In this document: in pieces, positions 38,691 to 49,700 of the stretch
How the letters are laid out: each line of letters opens with the position of its first letter
How positions within the stretch are numbered: the stretch's first letter is position 1
The notes under the pieces: generated by a model
What the model saw: the letters and a program-made list of their open reading frames with translations, nothing else
What the model was told of the DNA's origin: nothing
Database searches by the model: none
NCBI GenBank assembly: GCA_973895155.1
Contig: OZ316896.1
Location: 20,838,152 to 20,902,151, forward strand
From: Marsupella aquatica
Lineage: Eukaryota > Plantae > Marchantiophyta
Length of the DNA: 64,000 bases
Reading direction: 5' to 3'
Position numbers and translations under genes: made by a program

Positions 38691-39167
38691 CAAAATAGAC
38701 TATTATATTAAGATATATAAGGTAAAATCTAATTTAAAATCTAATTGAATTTAATATTTTGTCAAGGTTTGTTGTTATGGAGTGAGATTAGATTTGATAT
38801 GTTGGACCACAAGTGGACAAGTGATTGACCTGTCATATTTCATTATCAGCCTTGCTTGATACGCACAATCTTTTCTTATACTCTGAGTTCCTCATATCTC
38901 TTGAGTGAAAATTGTACAGTTCTTTCAAGTTTATACTATTTTTTTCAATTCATTGTGGCTACTTGGTTTAATTTCTCAATGACTCTATTTTGTAGAGCAA
39001 CGGCTTACTTTTTCAACAATTTTTGTTTTATCTTCTCAGATCTATACGAGCAATTTTTTTTAAAATTCTTTAAAATGCCATACTAGAATGAAGTTGCTTA
39101 TAATGACCTCTTGCCTTTCAGATCGATACAAGATACTCTGCCATAGAGAACTTGAAGACAATTTGAG

Positions 39168-39310
39168 TTTGGGGGGTTAACTAAGTGTATATTTTAGAAT
39201 ATCACGTGTAATTCTAACCTAAATTAAATAGACCTATTTTATAAAAAATGTATTCCAAGATTATTCTCCATTTTTTAATAATCTATTTTAATTTAGAAAA
39301 GGTATATGTA
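39168..39310. mobile_element. Truncated third copy of the same MITE
   Basis: GGGGGGTTAACTAAGTGTATATTTT...ACCTATTTTATAAA matches the start of 40148-40433. Confidence 0.65.
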
Positions 39311-39720
39311 CAACTATAATATGCTAGCCCGCCAAATCTGGACTTTAGTCTACTTAGAACAAGTGGAAAAAATGGGATTGATTTGTAACCGTTAGATATA
39401 CCCTATGTATAATTATGACCCTCAAATTCATAAAAAAAAAAGAATGATGGAGGCTGTCGAGACTAGCCCACACCGTGCTTTGGGAGGAGCAAGCCACGAT
39501 CCGTGACCGAATTTGTTTCTCCACCTCTGTTGCTGGAAAGCTTGACGATAATGCTACATGAGCACAGAGCACAGTGCACACCATCAAACCTTTCCAATTT
39601 GGATGACGCTCAAAGAGCTTGGTCACAAACTCTTTTGAGTCAGTGGAGGTTTTCCTTTTCCGTGCCCGGAGGCAAGTAAGTGAGTGACCGAGATGCCTGG
39701 TAACCCTTGGTGTAAGGAGT

Positions 39721-39963
39721 GTAGTGGTAATGAGGTTTCTGCAAAAAATAATAAATATTGGCGCCCAGGGGAAAATGTTATGTTCCAAAAATGGTTGGCA
39801 GTTTTTGGAAATAGGGAGGAAATTAAATTGTAACTAAGTAGAGTAGTGGTAATGAGGTTCCTGCAAAAACTAATGAAACAATAAATATTGGCGCCCAGGG
39901 GGGAAATGAGATGTTCCAAATATGATGAACAGTTTCTGGAAATGGGGACTTAATTAAATTGTA
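39721..39963. repeat. Two-copy ~122-bp direct repeat
   Basis: GTAGTGGTAATGAGGTT.CTGCAAAAA...AATAAATATTGGCGCCCAGGGG...ATGTTCCAAA twice. Confidence 0.75.
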
Positions 39964-40147
39964 GACACAACTGCCGGAAATATTTATGTGAGGAGAGATG
40001 CCCTGGAAAATGGTGTTTTTTTTATTGAAGTATGCAGTGAACACATGTTTTGGCTAGGTGTAGCAAATCCTTAGTAGATTGAGAAAACTATTTGGGCTGA
40101 GGAAAATTAAAAAGTGGACACCCACAAAAGTCAAGGTAACCTGGTTG

Positions 40148-40433
40148 CTCGGGGGGTTAACTAAGTGTATATTTTGGGGTACCACGTGTGATCTTAGCCT
40201 AATATAAATAAACCTATTTTATAAAGAAAATATTCCAATAATATTCTCTATTTTCAATATTAATAACCTATTTTACTTTATAAAGGGTATATATTAAAGA
40301 ATATTCTATAAACACAAGTTTATAATACCTTCTTTTGCCTCCTACGCTTTTTAAAAATTTAGTTAAAATCTGCCAAAAATACCTATTTTGGATCGCACGT
40401 GGTTCCTAAGATTTTTGTAGTCAACCCCCCGAG
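40148..40433. mobile_element. MITE (286 bp) with 8-bp TSD
   Basis: TIR CTCGGGGGGTTAACTA / rc CTCGGGGGGTTGACTA; CCTGGTTG at 40140-40147 and 40434-40441. Confidence 0.85.
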
Positions 40434-42499
40434 CCTGGTTGGCGATCCAACTTACTAGTGACTATGATAGGTACAAAGCACGCACACGAATGGTGCCTAC
40501 AGTTTGAAGTTTAAACCCAGCAGCGGGAGAGATGGACTAACTTGATGGAAACGAGCCAAACAAATTGCTGAGTCTGAAAGGAAAAAGTGGAGTCTGAAGG
40601 AAGAGGGTGAATTGGGACCCCTATGGACCCAAACAAAAAACAATGCAATGGATGACCTCAAAAATCTACAACGAAGAAAAACTAGAAAGCAATCTGATCT
40701 TTCATTGCAATAGTGTGTGAGACACTCACAGTGGAGAAAGAACAGGGGAAGTGTGTTTGAATTTGACAACCTTTACCTAGAGCAATGTTTTGCTAAGCAA
40801 ATTTAGACCGTGGAGAATGCCCTGTTCAAGATATTCACAATTTGTTAAAGTAAGTAAGCAAACTCAACACCAGACATTGCCATATGGCAGATCTTTGTTT
40901 CAGTCTTCCTAGTTCATTTTTGTTTTGTTATTAATTTTAATTTGGCCTATGAAGGCTGTCTTCTTTGTTATTCCATCAGTTTTAAATTTATCTCAGACCC
41001 CCTAAATGTTCTTTGTTATTTCAAAATCATTTGTTTTTCTTTTTTGTACTTGTTCTCCTTTCCACAATTCTTATATAATTTTGCCTTTCAAAATAATCTT
41101 GACGTAAAATAATTGTTACTTGTAAAGATAGGTAATCTCATTAGTTATCAGTTACTTTCATCAGTCTACTTGATATCAGCTGCCACCTCATCTCAAAGAG
41201 GCCGCCAAGTTACGGTGCGAGAAAAAAAATGAGAGAATATTTCTTTCAAAATTTGAAGGAAAAATTATTTTCTTTGAAAATTTTTTCGCCATGGGGCATC
41301 CGTACCGTACGGACACCTCATCTCGGTGAGGCCAGCTGAGATGGGAGAAAAAAAATTGAGAATTTTTTTCCAATTTTGTTTTTTGGAAAATTTTTGGTTT
41401 TCTTTTTGTTTTTGGTTTTTTTTCCAGTCCGTACCCATCTCATAGAGGCCAGCCGAGATGAGAGAAAAATTTTTGGTCAAATTTTTGGTTTTTTTGGTTT
41501 TTTTTTTGGTTTTTTTCAGTCCGTACGCCCATCTCGGCGAGTTCCCCCGAGATTGAGTCAACCTTAGCTACCCAGCTAAGATGCATGGAAGTTTGAAGGC
41601 TCCATCTCAACTCCTCAGTTGAGATTCTGAAATTTTTACAATACGAGTTATCAGTCATTGATATCACTTATCAGTCTGATGATATTGTGTACCCTTTACT
41701 TGCAAGGGACAAACCCCCAACCCACCAGATCCCACATAAGGCCACCACCACTATGCTACAATGGTTGTACTGCACATACATGATATTTATGACTTAAATG
41801 TTTTTAAATTCTATGGCCTGTACAAGTGCACAACGCATGCTGTACGAGATTGATGCGCCTCTCTTTCTTCACAATAAATTCGTTTCAGTACTTTAATTCA
41901 AATGATTACTTTAATAAACTCAGATAGGATATGATAAGATAGTTTTTACATCATTTTGAATAAGTTAAAATAGCAAAGTCTTAGAACGGTGTAGCTATAT
42001 ATAAGCAAACTCAACACCAGACTCAACAAATAGTGAATGAGTTTCAATTCATCTATACTAGCTTGACTGTCTGTTTTTTGAGCATACATAGAGATGAGGA
42101 CAAGCAAAATCTTTGCTGAAAATTGTATTGACTAGTGTTAACTCTGTTCACATGTTTTGCAAAGACTTGCCCCCAATCCCTCGTATCTGCCTGCACCCCT
42201 CACCTTGAGTAATGTTCCTAGAGTCCCGGTCTACTTCTAGACAATAGGCGTTAGGAGTAGCCTTTGATGGCAATTATATAGTTAGATTTCATATTTAGAC
42301 AGTCTACAGTATATTGGATTGAATGAGTTGAATGAACTAATAATAGTAGGACCCAAAACCTTGACCCTGTATCCCCCAGGGTAGGCTAGTCAGAAAGGAT
42401 GGTCATCCATCCCCCGCATACATTCAGAAAGATGAAGTCAGCACTGAAAAAACAAGAAGAGACTAGTTCAGTCTTATTGTGACCAAAGAGCTCTTTGGT

Positions 42500-44400
42500 C
42501 ACAGACTCTGTTTTTCTGAAAATACCAGAAAAACCTTATCTCAAAACCCTCTTCTCAAAAGCTTTCTGTAAGACAATACCCCCTGGGAGAGAAACTGGTG
42601 CTTGGGAAAATGTTTGACCTTAGGATTTAGATTGACCAAACATTGTTTGAAGACAGGAGAATATTTAAAGAAAGGAAAAGTGCTATCTCATTAAAAAGTA
42701 AATTTAAAGATGGTCTATATGTCATCCGTCCAAGCATCTTGTCAAAACGCTTTGTTGTTGACTAAATCAAGTGAAATGTTAGTGTTGTGACATTGAGACT
42801 TCAAAATCTTAAACTGGTATGTGAGGGTAGGGTAGCCAGGATAACAGTCATGATACATCAGAGAATGTACAATTTCCTTTGGTCTATGGTGACCAAACCT
42901 TGTTGGTCACTGACCTGGTCTATGGGAACTTCACTATCCATGGATGGGAGAGCTTCAATTACAAGCATCTTGTCAAACAAATGATAATTTACAGAAGTAC
43001 CCTTACTAGTTATCAAATTCCCCACAATTTACCTATAATAATACCGTCAGTGTTTCAAATTTCCAACAACAAAAAAACTGCAATGTCTCTTGTGGATGCA
43101 AGGGTGCCTCTCGTTTCTCATGGTGGACCTTGCTTTCTGTCGACTCACAAAAATAACCTGTATTGTACTGTATTGTACAACAACAATGCACATTGTATAG
43201 CAACCCAGTTTTTGCTTTGTTACTTTCAATGGCCAGTGAAAGGGGCAATGACATGGCAAACACTGGTATCCCAGAGAATTTTGAGAGAATTTGTTTGGGC
43301 AACTCAATAATTGCACAAAATTATTAGGTTGCCCCTCAAAACTAATTTAATATTTAGGAAGGGTCTCCCTTGCAAACTATTGAATGAACAAAAGTAGCTC
43401 AAGAAGTTCAAATGTACAGCTAAGATTGATTGATGCGGCCAACTAGTAATTCATTTAGTCTGGGGGAAAATTATTAATCATGGATGGTTTTGGAAAAGTT
43501 GTGGTGGTAATTTGGTAATTTGGCCAAACAAAAATGGGAAGCAGAAGTTCAACCTTCCATGGACCCAGGACAAAAACCTTGGGATCCGGATGGACACTAC
43601 ACAGACTGTATTACATTTGTAGATGTAAGGAGCTTTACATGGTAAGTCAAATAACGGCTCCTAGCCCATATATAGGATATACAGTAACCATGGTCCCAGC
43701 ATTCCATTTGGTTTTCCAGCAAAGTACAGTAGCCATCAGAATGTGGTGGGATGCGGCCTCCTGGTCCAACCTTTGCTCCAAAGTCTGGTAAGTATCAGCC
43801 ATTTGCCAGATGCATCAGGCAAATAGCAGATTCAACAGAGGAACCATACTTATTCCAGTCACACAAACTTAGTGTACATGCCCATTCAATTACTTTACTG
43901 ACTTCATATTGCAATAATTGTGGAAATGGTAATGGGGAGGCACCATTCTGAGTTTCTTTTCAGGAAAATTACAGAGGTCCATTTGGGCTTTGTTTTCATG
44001 GAAACTGAGTTGAAGTGGCCCTTTATAAAGTGACTCCCGCCCTGTAAAGGCCACTCAGGCAGTGCTTCTCCTAAGGAATTCCAAATGTTGCCAAACAAAG
44101 TGGCTTCCACAAGGGGACTTCGGGCAGCCAAACCTGCTGGATCCCACAGGTAAATTGGCGATTTCATGGGCATGTGTGAACATGTTTGGTGAGCTGACCA
44201 GTCAGAGCAAAAATGCAAAAAAGATAGGCAACCCTAGCACACATAAAAGGACAATTGGCAATGCAATGTTGCAAGACAAAATAATGGTTATCTGGGCCCA
44301 GTTGACTATGTGTGTTACTACATGGCAAGCCTTAAACTGCAACCGCCTACCAGGTTTGGGGATGACAAAATAGGGCACTTTTTTACTTTCTTAAGAACAC
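42500..44400 (+). mobile_element. Highly degenerate LINE ORF2 remnant (tentative)
   Basis: ILREFVW-like post-RT motif at ~43280 and scattered RT/zf-RVT-like residues; no long ORF. Confidence 0.3.
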
Positions 44401-44764
44401 TGATTAATTTTGGTCACCTGCATCCATGAGGTTTTGCATAGGGGACAGTGGCAGTCTAAGACCCAGCTGACACATGGCACCCTTGAAGAAAGCGACCCTG
44501 AGCACTCACAAAACCCTAGACAAAAAGGAGATCTAGATTGACAACAAGATCTGCTGCCTCATGTCAAAGGGACCTCAAGGGCCGCAAAGTTTAGGGTTTA
44601 AGGTTGAGTTTCCGGCCGTTGCCCTTGGGACTCCACATATTTCTATCAGGCCTTGCACATGAGGGGTTTCAGGCATGTACCTCTTGCTCACTCATATGTT
44701 GGCACCTGTGAAGTTGAGGGCCGCATTCTTCAGGACCCTGTACATGCAAGTTGGGCCTATTTAA

Positions 44765-44962
44765 GGGCCATCTTCCATGTGAGGGTCTTCACATAATCCG
44801 CCTTCTAAGTGATCAGGTGGCACCTTTGGATGAGCAAGAGTTTCCTGCCCCACCGGTTCCTGCCTCACCCCCCTCCTGAGCCAGTCCTTATGGCTACATC
44901 CCACAATTTGGGGAGTGCAAAGGGCCTATTTTTTGAAGACCTCACTAAATGCAAGACAGCCC
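44765..44962. mobile_element. Tourist-like MITE related to 23165-23499; a degenerate relative lies directly upstream (~44560-44760)
   Basis: TAA|GGGCCATCTTCCATGTGAGG...CCTCACTAAATGCAAGACAGCCC|TAA; GGGACCTCAAGGGCCG is shared by ~23348 and ~44568. Confidence 0.7.
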
Positions 44963-45314
44963 TAAAACATCAACTGAGCAAAACTTGCAGCTGGGATCCT
45001 GTGGACAAGGCATTTTTGGCAAATTGCTTAATTTTTTTTACTTTATACCCGCAAACAAGGCATTTTTGGCAATTTGTTCTTAAAATTTTCACTTTTATTG
45101 TCTCTATATTGTATGGAATGGAATAGCCAACACAAATTGAGCATTCTTGGCTATTAGTAGCCAATCGAAAAAACACTGGAGGTGGGCAGTGCATATTTTT
45201 TATCTGGTTATTTTCCTGACAGTCAGATCGCCCTAGATTTAAGGATCACCATTAGATTTGGGTTAATGGGACCTGTGATCAGGTGAGACACTGGCTAATG
45301 GGATTCGGGCTAAT

Positions 45315-45487
45315 AGGGAGTGTCAAAGCACAACTGTACCTGAGTTATAGCTCAGGACATAAAACACACTTACCACCATTTGACAAATAATTATGGGTTA
45401 CCAAACTATGTATCCAGTAAGGGTGGTACGTCCAAATAACAAATAAATCCATAACACTTTGGTTACAGGATAACTTTGACACTCCCT
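45315..45487. mobile_element. Non-autonomous PHIS/Pangu-like MITE (173 bp)
   Basis: Perfect 14-bp TIR AGGGAGTGTCAAAG / CTTTGACACTCCCT; AAT TSD at 45312-45314 and 45488-45490. Confidence 0.75.
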
Positions 45488-45886
45488 AATGAGACATGTG
45501 GGAGAGGCTAATGGGAAAGAAAAATACTAGCCAATTTTAGCCAAAAGTGGCAAAATAACTTTGATGCTCCCTAATGAGACATGTGGGAGAGGCTAATGGG
45601 AAAGTAAAATACTAGCCAATTTGAGCCAAAAGTGGCAAAATAACTTTGACACTCCCTAATGAGACATGTGGGAGAGGCTAATGGGAAAGAAAAATACTAG
45701 CCAATTTTAGCCAAAAGTGGCAAAATAACTTTGACACTCCCTAATGAGACATGTGGGAGAGGCTAATGGGAAAGAAAAATACTAGCTAATTTTAGCCAAA
45801 AGTGGCAAAATAACTTTGACACTAGACATGTGGGAGAGGCTAATGGGAAAGAAAAAGACTAGCCAATTTTAGCCAAAAGTGGCGAA
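45471..45886. repeat. 85-bp tandem repeat, ~5 near-identical copies
   Basis: Units start at 45471, 45556, 45641, 45726, 45811 (TAACTTTGACACTCCCTAATGAGACATGTGGGAGAGGCTAATGGGAAAG...). Confidence 0.95.
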
Positions 45887-46731
45887 AGCTTTTTTGGGAG
45901 GTGTAATGTATCGAATTTTCGCCACTAAAAAAAACGCTGGTGTGGGCACTGCCATTCCCGCGCTTTCCAGGGCTCCATCGCTCTGTTCTGAACTCGCCAC
46001 GAATGTCTACCACAGACTACCGTATGAAATAATTGGAGGGAGAGGCGAGAGATTCTCAGGCAGCTCTCCAGCTTGGAGAGTCTCTGCCTTCTCTCGAGCA
46101 TATGCATGACTTCGTCTGGAGCAATTGTAATGTAGAGCATGTGAAAAGGGAAGCCTGTGAGATCTCACTGACCGATGGCTGACCTGAGGGATACCATAGA
46201 GAAATGGGGTGAGATTTCAGTGTGGAGAGTGAGTGAATGGGTGATTGACTGTCCAGCTGAAGGTTACAATTGGGTGTAGTGGTTATAGAAGTGGAGGGAA
46301 CGAGTGAGTGAGTGAGTGAAATCAGCCTCTGGCTTTTCAGACCTCACTGATCGACACCGAGCAGTAGAAGATTGACCTTGGCATTCCACCGACAGATCTA
46401 TGAATTTCAGGTGAAGTCAGAATAGTCGTTGAACCCTCACTTTTAGGGTTCAGAGAGCGAGTGCGAGAGAGAGAACACGGAATGGCCTCAGGGTAATCGG
46501 AGAATTTTGCTGGGAAATTCTGTTTAGGGGACGAATATGGCTGGGTAAATCCCCATGGTCAATGTGAGACCTTCAATTCTGTGAGGAGCAGATTATATAT
46601 TTATGTAAGGGGTGTGAATTTTCGTTGGAACCATCATAGAAGAGAGCTTGAAAGGAAGCGGGGACATTATGGAAGTGAGAGGGAGGGAGTGAATTGCATA
46701 TTGAAGGGGGAGGAGCAGGAGGAAGGTGACA

Positions 46732-49700
46732 ATGAAAAGACAGCAAGTAATATCCCGGTTCTTTGCGCCCAAGGAAAGCAGCTCCTCCTCTGCCTCGACT
46801 CAAAATGCTGCCTCTTCCAAAGAGAATCCCACAGTTTCCGTGTCTCCAAGGGTTCCAGCTCCCCCTTCCGTAAAGAAAGCATCCCCTGTGGATTGGCCTC
46901 GGAGCAGGAGGCGAAGAGCACTGAATTCCGAATCTCTTCCTTCTTCATTTTCTAGGAAGAGAACAATTGATAGCGTCAACAGTGCTGGAAGTATTTTGTC
47001 GTCCGATCAAGCCATCGAAGGAGAAGAAATAGTCGAGTTGCACTCTCGGAAGAAACGATCCAGCTTGACCCAGAGGGCTAGTAGCTCGTGGGTAGATGGA
47101 AATGAAGGATTCCTGGTACCCCATGAATCTGAATCTGAACTTGCTGTTGATGTTGAACCTCCTGAAGATGAATCTGATCCAGAAGGTTTACCCACGGAAC
47201 AAGACGAGTTGAGCCATTTGGAGGAATCTGACCATCCAGGTGCATCTGCTGATCTACATATATGGTCGGAAGGAGATGATAGTTCTAAGAGTTATTTCAA
47301 GGCAGCTGGAGAGATCTTATCCTCTACTTTGGATGCCAAGCAGTCCCAAGCGAGGCCAATTCGAGACTACAGGGCGGAGATCCCGGCTTCCAATCCCGTT
47401 AAGCATAAGCTTTTTGTAGAGAAGCTTTTGGCTCGAATTGACAAGAACGGGGAGGTCAGGAAACCCTGGTATGGGAGTCCCCCAACTGGAAAAGAGAAGC
47501 TCACCCCCTTAGAGGTTCAAGTAGTTGAGCTGAAGGCCAAATACCCAGACGTAATGCTGATGGTGGAGGTTGGTTACAGATATCGTTTCTTTGGCGATGA
47601 TGCAGAAACAGCGGGCCGAATTTAGGGGATTTTCCCTCACTACGACCATAATTTTCTCACGGCTAGTATTCCCACCTTTAGGTTGCATTTTCATGTGAGG
47701 CGGTTGGTGGCTGCTGGATTGAAAGTGGGGGTCGTGAGACAGACAGAAACTGCCGCAATCAAGGCTCATGGATCCAACAAAACTGGACCGTTTACCAGAG
47801 GTCTTTCAGCGTTGTATACAAGATCAACTATAGAGGCAGCAGAGGACTTGGGAGGTGGAGGGACAGGGGGCCAAATATCTCGAATCAGTAGTTATCTTAT
47901 GTGTATAGCGGAAGGCCGATTCATGCCGGGAAGAGTACCGTCATTAAGAACGCGAAGCCTCTAGGACACGAGGCACCAGGGTCGGAGAAAGATGTTGGGT
48001 CCAGGAGTGGAAGTTACGACACAGAATTCGGTGTAGTAGCTGTTGAAACAGCAACTGGGGATGTCATGTTTGGAAGCTTCAAAGACACTGTTGTGAGAAC
48101 TGACTTGGAGAGCCACTTGATTACTTGCTCTCCTGCGGAGCTTCTTCTTGCAACTCCACTTTCTGCCCCTACAGATAAGGTATGTCCACCTTAGAGGTAC
48201 AAAACACTTACCACGGGTTTCGATTTATGTTCTCTTCCAATGATGTAGTAGTCTGATGTGGTCCTGTCAACAATTTATCTATCAAGCAACCTCATTTTTT
48301 CGTTCTAGTTCCGTTGTGTAGGTGGCACTTCAATGTCCACCTTTCCCCCTTTTGATAGTGCATATGGCCGTTGTCGACTCCGTCGAGACAATATATTTCA
48401 TCCGTTTTGTCAGCTTCGGAAACAGTCTGGCCACCTTTGGCTCGAGCTCCTCCCGGCAGCTTTCATAATTTCCTCATTGTCACACTTTGTTTTAACTTCT
48501 GGGTTGTGGTGGGGTGTAGCTTCTCAAAGACTTTGCAGGTCCTTCATCAGAGATTCGGGTAGAGCGAGTTTCTCGGGACTGTTTTAAGGATGGGGGGGGG
48601 GCGTTGGCCGAAGTTGTTGACTTTTATACTGCTAAGGATGATTTTGAGAATGCTGACATCCTGGAAGCCGAAGGGAGGATAGCTGAAAATGGCTTGGAGG
48701 TAAGAAGTTTTCCTCTTGAGAAGTCCACATCAGGACTTTCCGTGATCCAGTCCTTCATCGCCAAATAGATCTGCATGACGATGGTTTTTTTGAGAATCTT
48801 TAGACGTACAAATTGCAGCTACTAGCTAGAACTCGTTGATATTATCACCGTGGTTCTGGATTTATGTAAAGTCAGTGAGACATTGAAATAGCACAATATG
48901 TTTCAGAACAGAGTATTAAACCATATTTAGGCTAGGGACTGGTGAATTGAACAACCGGTTTCTGATAGTATTGTAGAACATACGATTGAGGAGCGTGTTG
49001 GTGCATTTCTCTGCAATGAGTTGATCACGACGTGGTTTTGTAGGTTATAATGGCAATGCCTGACATTGTAGTGCAAGCTTTGGCCCTAGCCTTGCGGTAC
49101 CTACAGCAGTTCAATCTGGAGAGAGTGTTAAGATTGGGTGCGGTCTTTCGGCCTTTCTCTGGTTATAAGGAGATGAATCTTTCTCCTAACACACTTCGTC
49201 AGCTGGAGGTACCCAAACGGCCACACGTTCATATTCTGTTATGAATGTGCAGGAGAAGCTTTCTGTCATGCAAAGTACATCCTTTCGATGATGGTTGAAG
49301 CATACCGAACCTTATTTATGAAAACAAAGATAGTATTTGTGAACATGGTTTCACGATAATACTCTTCTAGGTGCATCATTTAGTGGCTCGTTCATAATCT
49401 TGAAGTATTAAAGTATCTCACAGATGTCGGATGGCTGACTCTCATCAATTTTCTTACCTGCGCTAGATCTTGAATAATAATACAGATGGGAGTAAGAAAG
49501 GTTCTCTGCTTTGGCTTATGGACCACACTGAAACTGCATTCGGCGCGCGTCTGCTTCGATATTGGGTGAGCTTTTTCATATGTCTTTACTCCTCATGTTT
49601 TGGTATTGCCAATCCACATATGCCACATGCGTGGATAATCTCAACTACTTCGGGCTCGATCAGTTAGATCCTAAATTTGATCTCTATCTGTCCCTTGGGA

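Noticed and set aside
45471-45886. Regular repeat array as a CRISPR-like locus
   Set aside because: Whole 85-bp units are near-identical with no unique spacers; eukaryotic context; no cas genes
48591-48601. G homopolymer in MSH3 exon 2 as a frameshift
   Set aside because: The exon is 180 nt and stays in frame (DGGGALAEV)
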